From Chrysomallon squamiferum (taxonomy: Eukaryota; Animalia; Mollusca), in the NCBI GenBank assembly GCA_012295275.1, contig CM022676.1:10540001-10604000 (forward strand): a DNA stretch of 64,000 bases, in the 5' to 3' direction. The stretch's first letter is position 1; each line of letters begins with the position of its first letter. This document shows positions 25,196 to 38,681 of the stretch, one piece after another. Both the position numbers and the translations under genes were made by a program. Under the pieces are notes generated by a model that saw only the letters and a program-made list of their open reading frames with translations, did no database searches and was not told the origin of the DNA.

Positions 25196-25352
25196 TGACA
25201 CCGACATGATTCGAACACGCAACCTTCTGATCTGGAGTCAGACGCGTTTTTTTTTTTTTTTTTCTTTATTAGTATAATCACCAGTTGTACACAATTAAAA
25301 TAACATTACAGCTGTAAAGGAGTCAGACGCGCTACCGTTGCGCCACGAAGTC
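25196..25352 (-). pseudogene. tRNA-Trp split by a retro-insertion
   Basis: 5' part 25352-25319 and 3' part 25246-25196 separated by 72 nt; also carries CATGT and CGGTGTCA substitutions. Confidence 0.92.
25247..25318 (-). mobile_element. 5'-truncated poly(A) retroposed fragment with 13-bp TSD
   Basis: Minus strand reads 55 nt ending AATAAAG, then A17; flanked by perfect direct repeats GGAGTCAGACGCG at 25234-25246 and 25319-25331. Confidence 0.9.
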
Positions 25353-25625
25353 ACTTAACAGTTAAGTTTTTATTAATGGTCTAAAAATACGCATTTCTCT
25401 CTTCTTTTTTTTTTTTCTTTCTTTTGATATGAAGACTACTTCTGATAATTAAATCAAACATTATTTTAGCGAGGATTAATAATTAGAGCTCTCGGTCGTT
25501 TCCGGGAACATACCACACATGCGCACTAGCGGCCTCTAACCGAACTGGCCAGATTACAGAAACATCTTCATAAAAACGTAAAATTACTTCACGTTTTTAT
25601 GGTGGATTTTCTGTAATCTGCCGAG

Positions 25626-26420
25626 TCAGATCAGAGATGGTACGTTGTTCACTGGTACTTGAGCAACAACAGCATCGAAAACTTTCAATCTCATTTCAGG
25701 AGAGTAAATCCTCCCGTCAGACTTGGTTTGTTTAAAATCACTCTCCAGCTCTTTTACCCGGTCTTTTAGCGTTAGTTTGTCATCTTGGAGCTGGAGGATT
25801 TCCTCCTCCCTTTCTGCCAGTTTCCTTTCCATTGCTTCCACTCTTTGAAACAATGCAGTTTTCTTCGTCTTATGATACTTCTTAATTCAGGTGTTGTTTT
25901 TTTTCTAAAGCTGATATAACTTTCGTAGCTTTTCCCAGATCTTCGGCAAGAGCAGAAGAGTCCAACTGCGATTTTACTTTGGATAACTGCAGTTCTTTTC
26001 TCTTGATTTTTTTTTTTTTTATTTAGTTTCTTTACTGATTCAGACCTTCTCTGTTTGCGCTTGGCCATCATATTCCTTACCTTAATCAAATTCTGACGTT
26101 TTAAGAGATCCTGCTTCTGTTTTGCAAATTTCAAACGTTCATGATATCTCTCACAGTTATTGCACTTTCTTATCTGCCTGGTTTTCAGTGGGGACACAGC
26201 AACAGGCTTGTCACTGCGAAGAACAATGGCATTTTCTTCATCAGGCTGAGGGACTTCCACAGGCTGGATAACAGATGACATAACTGTGGAAATAGACAGG
26301 CCAGCAGCAGCTGATCAAAACTTTCATGGCAAATGGAATCAAGTTGATGTTGGGTTAGAACAAAAATAACGAACAGAAGTATTCGAAAACCTTGCATTTT
26401 TATAACCCTCGTGTTCAAGT
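25626..26420 (-). mobile_element. Decayed, frameshifted ORF resembling the N-terminal half of a DNA transposase
   Basis: Three overlapping intronless minus-strand ORFs join across A-run frameshifts into CNNC, coiled coil, then QTKSDGRIYSPEMRLKVFDAVVAQVPVNNVPSLI; no catalytic domain present. Family assignment from recall only. Confidence 0.55.
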
Positions 26421-27019
26421 TTCATGCACTGTTAAAGTGGGACGTTTTCGGGACGTTTTGGATAATAAACACGATCATAGTCTTTATTTTGTGTTACCTG
26501 CTTTTTGGCGACTGTAACAAAAGCTATATGTTTGAATCACCAAATGTCATTATATTAATAGTTTGTACATCGATATGTGTCAGTTTACAATAGTTATCTA
26601 CGAAATCAACCATTTTGCATTTATTTTTTGGGAGAGTATATATATATATATATTCACGAACAAAGTATTAGGCTCTAAGTATCATAATACTTTATTATTA
26701 ACAAAGGTTGGTATACAAAAACCTCTCTAGGCTAAATTGGGATAACAACATTGATATACATTAAATCAATAATCATAAATAATATTTAAATCAAATAAAC
26801 GAAACAAATAACAAAACTTGTATTTAAATTAAATATGTTGGTTTATTTCATTTCAGGCAGACATGTTTGATAATTACAACAGCATAACATTGCTGCTGCT
26901 GCTGCTGTTGTTGTTGTTGTTTTCTCAAATAACATTTACAACAAGACACTGGCATAATTACTTTTGCATCAACAGCCAGATGTCTTAACAAAAAATTAAG
27001 AAAAATTAATTAATTTATA

Positions 27020-27071
<52 letters not shown>

Positions 27072-28147
27072 CCTGAACATATCTAAAACCATGCATAGAA
27101 CATAATATCAGTATGATTTCTTTTGTTTTTTTCAAAGTTTAAAATAAATCTGCATTTTAACTTTTGTTCCAAGGATATAGGGAAAGGTTACAGAAAATGC
27201 ACATACACTTCCAAATATTTTAAGGCAAAGGAATTTGAATCTTTTTATCACAGCTCCAGGCACTTTTTAAAAACCTTTTGAAAATCAATGTTATCAAACT
27301 AAGTGGGCCCTTAATCTGCTTTAAAAATACTGTACCTATGGTTATCCGATCAGTTGGACCTTTCATCTGGATTGAAATTATTTTAATCAGTGTGGCCCTT
27401 AATGAGCATTAAAATCTTTACAACTATGACAAGCATCTTACTGGGCCCTGATTGAGCATGCAATCTTTAAAACTTAGCTGACCAAAATATCTGGATAACA
27501 TGTGAATACTAATAGATTTTAAATATGGTTAAAACATAACTGGGCCCTACTCTAATTTATGACTGGATCAAATAGTGTCAGGATAAGTCTATTATTATTT
27601 AGTGTTTCTGGTTGCTTGTTTTTTTTAAATCTTAAATGAAAGCTTTATGATCTAATGTTGCAAGATGACTGGTTCCTTGATTTTGATTTTATCAAAGTCT
27701 ATCATATTATCAGGATTTATTATTTAAAACAAATATTTATTCCAAAAGATTTCATTGATATTAGCATACTAGCAACACAAACAAACACACAGTGACACAA
27801 TTATTTTTAAAAGTTGTAAAGATTGTTTTTTATTTTTTTTTTTTTTTTTTTTTTTGGGACGGGTCCTACATATTGGTCAAATATACTTTATTATTAAGAT
27901 CACATATGCATTCATTATCCCTGAAATATAAATAATGTTTCAGATAAGTAAGTATATACTATTAATTACTTCTTTTTGTTGATATATCTTAGTTTAGTTA
28001 TTTTATTATTAGGAATATATTATTATTATTTACCCCTGAAAGTTAAATATAAAAGATGTTTAAAATTAGGAGTAGACTTTTCTTAAGATCGTCGTGGTAT
28101 TCTGTAACCAAGCCCTATATCAACTTAGAAAATAAAAATAAAAATAA

Positions 28148-28182
<35 letters not shown>

Positions 28183-29007
28183 TAATAAACATGATAATAA
28201 TATAAAATTAAAAAATATCAACTTGAAATGTAAAAATAAAACAATTATTATAATAATAATAAATGTTTTCCCTACTTCGTAACAATGTATGTCAGCCTTA
28301 TAATAAACAGTAGAAAAATTAAAGTTTATATAACATTTACAACATCAGCTATTTGAAAACAAAATTCAGAAAAAGAAAAAAAATGATTTTGTGTTTTAAA
28401 CTATGCAACATGCAAAGCGTACTTTAACCTATTTATACAGGTCCAGTACTGGATCTAATCCATGGACTGAAATAGTCCATAAACAGAAAACAGATCCATG
28501 GATCAAAATCAGGTCCATGGACTGAAAAGATGCCTAGTAATAAATTCACAGAGAGAAAGCTGACTTTATTATATTTTCTTTCTTTCTTTCTTTCTTATAT
28601 ATATATTTTTTTTATCAATACATATCCAATTTTGCATTCATTTATATATTTATGTACAAGTGTATATTAGATATATTTATATATATATATATATATGTTT
28701 ATATATATATATATGTATATATACAGATTATTGTCTACAAAGTCATCAGGAATAACTGCAGTTTGGTCTAATGCCATAATGGGTAGCACTGACAGGCTAA
28801 CATAAATAAACTGTAAATTTCAAGTATTGTATTAGAATTAGAAGAAAATTCTACATTTTTAGCTATTTACAAAAGTGCAGTTAGGATATATATTTTAAGA
28901 GTTGAAAAAAAAAAAATAAAAAATAAAAAATATAAAGATAAAAGAAGAAATATAGTTTTATGTTTCAGTTGGTAAAAAGGCTGTTTATCTGAATAGCCTA
29001 TTTGTAT

Positions 29008-29062
<55 letters not shown>

Positions 29063-29799
29063 GTAATAATAACAATAATAATAACAACAGTAACAATAAA
29101 TAAATAAATAAATAAATAAATAAAGAGGTAAATAATGTTGATGAATAGAAAAACTAAAATGATCTGAAATGGAATATGAAAAAGAGGCACAATTTCACAA
29201 CTACTGAAATGTCAAACAAGAACACGAAATCAGTTTTGTGTTCCTCTTGTTAAAAATAATCCAGAAATATTCAAAAAGAGTTTGGGATAAGAGGTATCAG
29301 TTACTTTTATTTCTTTTAACACATAACTATTATTATTATTATTCTTCCACATAAATACACAGTAACTGCTATTTGTCCAACCAGAACACTATAAACTTTT
29401 CAAATATCTTTGTGCAATACTAAATAAAAAAAAAGTAACAAATAATTTATTATATTCACACTGTTGATTACTTTGATCCTTAACTATAAATATGAAATGA
29501 TGAATTCCAAAAACAGGAAATTATTAATTAAAGTCAAACTGTTAATTACTTTGATCCTAAATCTTAAATATGAATTAATGAATATATGAAAAAGGAAATT
29601 ATTCATTATTCCAATCTGTTAATTGCTGAAGTAAATAATTAAAAGTAATAAATTTGAGAAAGGGTAACAAAGTTTCTTTACATTTGCTACTGCTATGCTT
29701 CCCATGCATCTCCAAAAAATTGCATAATCTGTAGTTAATAAAAATAGTTTGCATTAACTGGTCAAATATCTAAGTAGGTAAACTGTAAGTAGTTTTTGC

Positions 29800-29841
<42 letters not shown>

Positions 29842-29977
29842 AAAAAAAAGTCAGTCTGATAGAAAGATGAACGAATTCTTTCAATAAATTGCATAGAAGT
29901 TTTTACTTTTTTTTAAATGTATGCTTTTTTAACAAAGTTCATAAAACAATGAAAGAGAAGTTATTTAAAAAGAAAAA

Positions 29978-30014
<37 letters not shown>

Positions 30015-30696
30015 TATATAAAAAGAACAAATTGCAAGATAAATTTTGCACTTTAACTATTAATTATTTTTATTAACAAAAAAAAAAACAGTTCTAATTT
30101 TAGAAACATGTTTACAAGCTTTTATTTCAAAAAAAAAAAAAAAAAAATTTAAAAATAAAATAAACATTAAAAATAAATTAGCTGGATTAGACTTCGAAGA
30201 AGATAAATAAATAAAAAGAAAGATAATAAAAAAAAAAAAAATTAAATCTTAATTTATTTGAAATTATTCCCTGATATTTACATTTTTGTGTAACCCTGTT
30301 TTTGATTGGACAAACATGGAAGTTCAATCGACCAATGGGATTCGCAGATACAAAAAAAAAAAAAAAAAAAAATGGTAGGGAGTTTGATTTAAAATAACTA
30401 TACAGAAACACGGGTAATCATGCATGGATTTAAAAAGTTAACTAAAAGTAATTAATGAAAATTTAGGAAGGTAAATGAATTAGAATGAGATTTAATTAAA
30501 TTTATCCTAAGGTTATGAATTAAGGAAAAGAAAAAACACAGAAATTTTCTTCAAACTGCAGAATGACACTGGATAATGTATATAACTTTTAAACGCACAA
30601 CAGTTTTTTTTAAACGTACATCCAGAACGTCAAACTATACAAATAACAGAGCTTACAGATGGGAACATGGAGGGCAGGTGATATATATCTATATGT

Positions 30697-31658
30697 TTAT
30701 ATTTCAATCTTATTATCTGTGCCCTCCAAATCGCAGGCTTCATTTTTCCCTTCGCCAATCTGCTGTTCCACTTGACTTAACATCAACTTTTGCAACATGT
30801 CTAAATCCGTCTCTCCGCGCTCCACCGAATTCGGAATAACACTGACACCTGGGTCAAGGTCAAGGTCGAGGTCACTAGCACCACCTTCGTCCAGGTCAGT
30901 AGTTATTGAAGACACCTGTGCACTGCCACTCATACAAACGTCATCACCACCGCCACCACTGCTGTTGTCGCAGAGGTTGCCTTTCGCGGGTGCATCGGCC
31001 ACAACGTTGTCATTCTGCTGCTGTTGCGATGCGACCGCGTCACTGTTTTTTCTCTTGCTGGCGACGGTGGAGGAAGAGTCACTGAATATTTCCGACGTCT
31101 CGACGTCGCTCTGCACTTTTTCCAAAACGTTGTTGTTGTCGGAAACGTCGACATTCGCAATGCTGTCGGGAACGTCGTGGTAGTTTTCATCACCATCGCT
31201 GTCGCTACTCCGCGTGTGCTGTTCCTTATCATCATCAACATTGTCATCGTCGTCGTCATCGACTTCGACAACATCTTTATCGACATCACTTTGTCGTTCT
31301 TTTTGCGAATCGTCTATCACCTCCGTCTGTCCACTTTCTTTCTCCGATTCGTTAACATCGTCGCCCTCCGCAGAATTTTTCTTTTCCGATTCGCCGACTG
31401 CTTTGCCGTCCATCGAGTCCTTCTTTTCTGATTCACTCGTCTGCTCGTCATCATCCTTCGAATCGACATCCAAGTCGGTCACCGATTCCGCGAACGCAGA
31501 GTTTGTTATTACAGTAGTCGCCCTTACGACCGTCTCGTTTGATTCGTTAGACATGAGACTCAGAACCTCCGAGTCAGATATTTCATCGGCTTGGGGGCGA
31601 AGCACGCCTGCGTCACTCATCATTTCTCGGGCTTGCTCAGAAATATTTGTCACAATTT
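30697..31658 (-). CDS. ARHGEF12: RhoGEF terminal exon, long acidic low-complexity tail
   Basis: TAG acceptor at 31659-31661, phase 1 matches exon 32057-32276, 962 nt open to the stop at 30697. Confidence 0.88.
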
Positions 31659-31692
31659 CTAAGAAAATAGAAGAGAAAACCAGAGAACATTA

Positions 31693-31742
<50 letters not shown>

Positions 31743-34707
31743 AAAAACAACAAAACAAAAGACCCCAGTAAATAAATTAATGAATAAATAAATAAACAGA
31801 CAAACAAATAAAATCAACAAACAGACAAATACTTAAATAAATACAAAAAATAAAAAAAAAAAAAATAAAAAAATAAAAATAAACATACACCCCTCCACAA
31901 AAAAAAACATAAAAAAAATATAAATAAAAAAAATAATAAACAAACTAAACTAAAACAAACCAAACAAACAAACATACAAAACAAACACACACACAAACAC
32001 ACACAAAAACAACCCAACACTAAAGAAAGAGAAAACTAAAAACTGTCGTCACTGACCATCCACTGTTTCCTCGCTTTCTGTGCCGGCTGCTTCGTCCTCC
32101 GCTGTCTCCGAGATGGATGATGCGACGGACACAAAGCTGGCCGGGCGACTCTGTGGGCTTGGCATGACCCCCATCGCGGCGCGCTGCAGCTCCCTCAACT
32201 TGTTGAGCCTCGCCTGCGCCTCCCTCAACTCTTCTCTCAGACGGCCTTTCTCGTCATCCCTGCTGTTCACTGCAGCCTGACACAGAAATGTTTTATTTAT
32301 CATAAGAATAAAATAATACTTATATTATATATGAGAAGTATGAAGATAAAACAGTACCAGTGTTATATATGTGAGAAGTATAAAGATAAAATAGTACCAG
32401 TGTTATATGTGAGAAGTATAAAGATAAAACAGTACCAATTATATATGAGTATAAAGATAAAATAGTACCAGTGTTATATGTGAGAAGTATAAAGATAAAA
32501 TAGTACCAGTGTTATACATGAGAAGTATAAAGATAAAACAGTACCAGTGTTATATGTGAGAAGTATAAAGATAAAATAATAGAGGTGTTATATACGAGAA
32601 TTATAAAGATAAATAATTTGTTGTATATGAGAAGTATAAAGATAAAATAGTACCAGTGTTGTATATGAGAAGTATAAAAATAAAATAATACTGGTATTAT
32701 ATATGAGAAGTATAAAGATAAAATAATAGTGGTAATATAAAAGAGAATTATGAAGATAATTTAATATTTACATTATATATGATAATTATAAAAATAAAAC
32801 AAAATACTGGTATTATGTATGATAATTAAAAAAAAAAAATAATACTGGTATTATATATGAGAAGAATAAAGATAAAAATAAAATACTGTATATGAGAATT
32901 ATAAAAATAAACCCTGTATAAGTACAAAAAATATAAAATTAAAATAATATTGGTATTATATTACAAGATTTACATAGATTATTATTTATATGAGAATTGT
33001 AAAGATACTATGGTTGAGCATTATGAAGTTTCTATAAAGAGATTTATAGATACACACAAGTATTATTTAGTTTTTATAAATGAGAATCACTATAGTATTA
33101 AAAACAAAAATAACAAATAACAGAGGTATAAAATATGAAAATTATAAACATATTATCAATGAGAATTATAAAAATATTAAATTAGAAAAGTTTTGGTGTT
33201 TTAATATGAGAGTTATACAAAATAACATACATGAAAATTGCAAAGATATTATTATATATGAGAATTATAAAGACATTGTATATGAGAATTATAAAGACAT
33301 TATAATATGAGAATTATAAAACATTATATATGAGAATTATAAAGACATTGTTTATATGAGAATTATAAAGACATTATAGATGAGAATTATAAAGACATCA
33401 TAGATGAGAATTATAAAGACATTATAGATGAGAATTATAAAGACATTGTATATGAGAATTATAAAGACATTATAGATGAGAATTATAAAGACATTATAGA
33501 TGAGAATTATAAAGACATTATAGATGAGAATTATAAAGACATTACATATGAGAATTATAAAGAATTAACAAGGTATTATAAAACATGGTGTGGAGAAGAT
33601 GCAAGATGAACCAGATTTGTGAGGACTTACCAGTAAATTAGTTAAGATGAGGTTCATCCTTGTTGCCATGTCTCTCAGTTGTTCCATTGGAATTGGGATT
33701 GGCAACTTCTGCTGGTCGCCTTTAGGTGACGCTGCTGATGTTGAAATTTGAAAATTAAACTCAAAATACATTAATAATAATAAAAAAAAAAATAAAAAAA
33801 AATATATATCATGAACAATATTGTGACAATATCCTTAGCATTATGATCAGTCTTAAGAAATAAAATTCACAAAAAAAAAAAAAAAAAGATTTAAAAAATT
33901 TAAAAATTTAAAATTAGTCTATTGATGAATTCTGTTTCTGCATGCTATGTCAAACAACATGCATTTTGGTAAATTTCTTCTTTCAAACTTATCAGGGTGA
34001 AAACATTAACAAATTAAAAAAAAAAAAAAAAAAAAAAACATTAATCAGGAATGAAAACAGTAAAAAAAAAATGTTTTAAAAAAATCATTGATGCAGTTAA
34101 GGAATGAAACAAACTGAAACATTCAAGGAATAAAGAATTGAAACATTCAAGGTATGAAACGAAACAAAAATTTGTTTAAAAAACAAACAAACCATTTAAC
34201 TAGTAATGTAAACTGCATTCATTAAAACACTATTTATTCATTAATATTTTTATTTTTTTTCTTTATAATTTTGTTAACTTTATAATTTTTCCCATCACCA
34301 CTGCAGATATATTGTATTCAGGTATTTTTTTTGTTTTTATTATAAATATTTTGCGTTCCGTAACCATAGATACCCCAAATTCCATGTTTTTGTCAGCATG
34401 CAAGAAAAAAAAAAAAATGTTTATACAATAAAATAGTAATTTATTATAAACATATATCTAAATATAAAAATAAAATTACAAAAAATGTATTTGTATTAAT
34501 GCACTGCCCCAAATTTCACCATTGGTTTCAATTTTATTTGCTGGCTTTTTATTTATTTATTTTATTTTATTTTTTTCATTTATTTTGTCATCTTAATAAT
34601 AATAATAATAATTCACGGAATAAAAGATTTAATAATAATAAAAAAATACAATAAAAAAAAAAAAAAAAATTATTCCTTTATATTCCCAAAACACACATAC
34701 ATAAAAA

Positions 34708-34738
<31 letters not shown>

Positions 34739-35122
34739 AAAAAAAAATGAATCGCTACATGGATAAAAGCAAATAACAATCAGAAAACCAATCTGGTTTT
34801 CAAAACATTTTGAAATTTAGAGTAACAAATTAAATTTACTTGTTTAAATTCAGAACTGTACTATACAAAAATGTGCTTATGTGCTTAACTACCAGTGTGA
34901 ATCTAGGATCTATATTAGTATCGCTTCACTCCGAATTTTTAATATGTGAATATAATTTTGAAAGATTTAATATTTGAAATGAAGTCACATGTGAAGTTCT
35001 GTAAAAAAAGGAAGTTATACATCAAGCAGAGATTTAGAAAGCGTGAAACTGTTAAAAAATGTTTGGAATTTATATAGCTTTAATGGCTATAGCACGACTG
35101 TGCTTGTATCTATGTATGTGTG

Positions 35123-35172
<50 letters not shown>

Positions 35173-35361
35173 TATAAATATATGTAAGTGTAATTAAAAG
35201 TTATGTGTATTTTTAAACATATTTAACAGATATCTTTTTAAACAAGAATTTTGATGATTACATTCTATCAATAATATATTTACTCCTCAATATTTTATAC
35301 TTCAAAAACTTATTTTTAATTAATTATATATTACTTAATATTCTTTATTTTATTTTTGATA

Positions 35362-35392
<31 letters not shown>

Positions 35393-38300
35393 ATTAAATA
35401 AGACATTTTACGGATGTTAGTTATATAAATAAATAAAAAAAAAAAAATATATATATATATACACACAAATAAATAAAAATAAACAAAGAAATAAAGCAAA
35501 CCCCCCCAGCCCGACCCAACTCCACCTGTTGTGAAATATTAAAACAAGAACACGACTAATGCAAACAGAAAAGAGTTTCTATCTAACTGTGTTGAAACGT
35601 GAGGCAGGCATCAATGTTAAAACAAAGTACACATACTGTCAGAATCTGATGGGGTGAGGGAGTTAGAACGGGAATTAAGGAGACTCATCAGCTGATTGTT
35701 CTCTTCCAGAGACCTCACAATGATTTTGCGATACTCCTGATCATCATCATCATCATCATCAATCACTTGGCCAATCAAACCCTGCCAAGAATGCCAGTCA
35801 TAGATAACATGTTATCTTTTTAGTTTTGGTTAATTTTAATCAATTAATTCACTGTTTTTTTTTCAATTTTTCTTATTTTATGTGGGTTTTAAAAAAAAAA
35901 AAATTTTTATTTAAATGTAGAAATATTGCTATAAATTAAATTTATTATTATTTTCTTCATTTTATTCGTTCTTCAACTTTTTGTGCAATCATGAACATTT
36001 TTGGTCACTTTAAATACTTAAATGTTTTCTTTATTTTATTTAAATAGTCTTTAAACTTGAACACATTTACTGTTTCTTTCTTCTATTTATCTTTAATTTT
36101 TTTTGTTATTTATACATGGAAAATACTTAATATTACTATATTTTTTTATTTCATTTAATTTTTTTTTTTTTCACATGGATATATCTTTCATTTTAAATTC
36201 TTTATTATTTATTCAATTTATTTATTTTTAAACTTTGAATTTACACATTATATAGCTTATAATTTAAAAAATATAACTATTTCTTCTTGTACTTAATTTT
36301 AACATTTTTTTAAAAATGTAAACATGGAAATGCTTGTATTTTTAAATGCTTTATTATGTCTTCATTTTATGTAATTTATTTTTAAACTTTTCATTTACAC
36401 ATTATATAATAATAATAAAAAAATTATAATTTCTTTCTTTTATCTTATTTAAACTTTTTATTTATTCAGTGTTATTTGTTTTTACACATTATATGTCAAA
36501 TTTTACAAAAACAAAAATTTCTTTCTTTTATTTTATTTAAACTTTTTATTTACACATGGCGGCGACATTAAAAATATCAAATTATTATAAATTTATAATT
36601 TACTCAATTTATTTATTATTAAACTTTTTATTTATCATTATATATTTAATTTAAAAACAAAAATTTTTTAAAAAATCGCCACTATATTTTTCTTTTATTT
36701 TATTAAAACTTTTCATTTATGCATGGAAATATCAAATTATTTTAAACAACCTTAATTTTTAATTGTTTTTTTAAAACTTTTTTTCTTACATATACGTAAA
36801 TTTTAAAAAAAATTTAACCATTTTTTTTCTTTTATTTCATTAAAACTTTTCATTTAAGCATGGAAATATCAAATTATTTTAAATAATATTCATTTTTAAT
36901 TGTTTTTAAAAAAAAAAAAAATTCTTTTATTTTATTAAAACTTTTCATTTACGTGTGGAAATATCAAATTATTTTAAATAATCGTCATTTTTAATTGTTT
37001 TTTTTTTAAACTTTTTGTCTTACACAGATGTAAATTCTGGCTGGCATTCTCAGTAACTAACCTGTTTGCTGGCTTCGTTGTTTGAACCGGTGGTCAGGTC
37101 ACGCATTATAGCCTCCCTCTCGGCTAGCAGCGTCTTTATTTGTTCTTCATTCCGTCGCAGTTTCTCTGTTGTTATGACGACAATAAAAATCCAATATGGG
37201 TACATCATGCAGAATTACAAACGTGTTAAGACATTTAAATGACAGCGATGCTGTCGTTAAAATTAGTCTGATTAAAGTTAAAAAAAAACAGACAAAACGA
37301 ATGGCAAAGTAGTAATTTATGATGAAAGAAGGTAAAAAAATATAAAAAAAAACTTTTTTTTTTTTTTTTTAATAAAACAATAAATTTTGGTATTATATTG
37401 TGTGACACCATAAAAAAAATAATAATAATAAAATAAAAAAAAATAAAAAAAATAAATAAAACAATCTGTTTGTATGTCACCATACCAAAATAATTAAAGA
37501 CATTAACAATACAAAAAAAAAAGCAAATCATTTCCTACTGTGGGTTACTCTTTCTTACATTAGCAGTAAAGGATCTTTTAAATCCACCTTCCCAGAGAAA
37601 GGAAAACTCAAACCACAGCCTTTAATTATCATGCTATGAGGATGCGGTTGGAACGAGACATTTATTTAAACAGTCTGTAAAGAGGATAATCTGACAGTTT
37701 GTGAGGGCAACTGCTAGAATGGGAAATTTATTTCTGTATCCAGTAAGGTTTGATCCACTGTACTCTAAGCACCAAGATGGAATGTGATCCAATTTAATAT
37801 GTTTAATTATTTAATGTGTATCTCAGATTATGGTTAAGCAGGTGGCTTGTGACAGGTAGGTTCTGGGTTCAAATCCTACTACAGTCTTGACATAGTGATG
37901 ATTTTTTTTTTTTTTTTTAATATTTATAATGGGTTTAATAAAATAATTGTCTCAGCTTAAAAAAAAACTTTCCTAAATTCAAAGAATTCTTTAAATATTT
38001 TTTTTTTTTGAAATTGACTACAAAAGGTCAAGAGTATAATAGAATATTATAAATAAATACATAAAAAAAATATTTTATAATCCAGAACTTTAAAAAAAAA
38101 AAAAAAAAAACTTTTTATATATCAGTTTAAAAGCAGAAACACTTAAAAATTATTTGCTTTCAACCTAAAATTATTATATTATATTTTATTATTATCATTA
38201 TTATTATTATTATCATTATCATTATTTATCATTATTATCATCATTATTATTACTGTGTATTTATGTATTTTATTATTTAAAATGATAAATCTTAAAATAT

Positions 38301-38608
38301 TAAAAGACTGCAAGGTAAAGAAAAGCCCCAAGACACTTGAAATAGAACAGAACAGATTAAATATAAAGAGAATGTGCAAATTCAAAAATTCTTTCTATAA
38401 GATATGCTACAAGCATCAATCAAAAGCTTTGTATTTAGTAAATAATCATAAAATAAATCAATCAATGTAGCTATGCATAAATGACTGACTGGCTGGCTGG
38501 CTGAATAGATAGATGGATGGATGAATAGATAGATGGAAGAATGAATGTTTTCTCTTCCCTTTAGGTCTGTATAATCTACTCTTTGTTTCATTTTTGTCTC
38601 AACATCTG

Positions 38609-38681
<73 letters not shown>

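Noticed and set aside
25247-25318. Insertion as a tRNA intron
   Set aside because: Canonical tRNA introns lie one base 3' of the anticodon and have no TSD or poly(A); removing it would leave a 13-nt duplication.
25623-25634. GAGTCAGA 8-mer matching the tRNA anticodon arm at the end of the transposase-like ORF
   Set aside because: Too short to separate from chance without other element copies.
27300-28530. Scattered TGGGCCCT and CCATGGAC motifs downstream of the RhoGEF stop
   Set aside because: Irregular, short and degenerate; best explained as decayed local repeats.
30797-31693. Plus-strand ORFs of 128-159 aa over the RhoGEF last exon
   Set aside because: Antisense shadows of a GC-rich coding exon.
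32325-33562. Regular repeats as a CRISPR array (also 45270-45800 and 46405-46845)
   Set aside because: Head-to-tail units without unique spacers, inside eukaryotic introns, with no cas genes.
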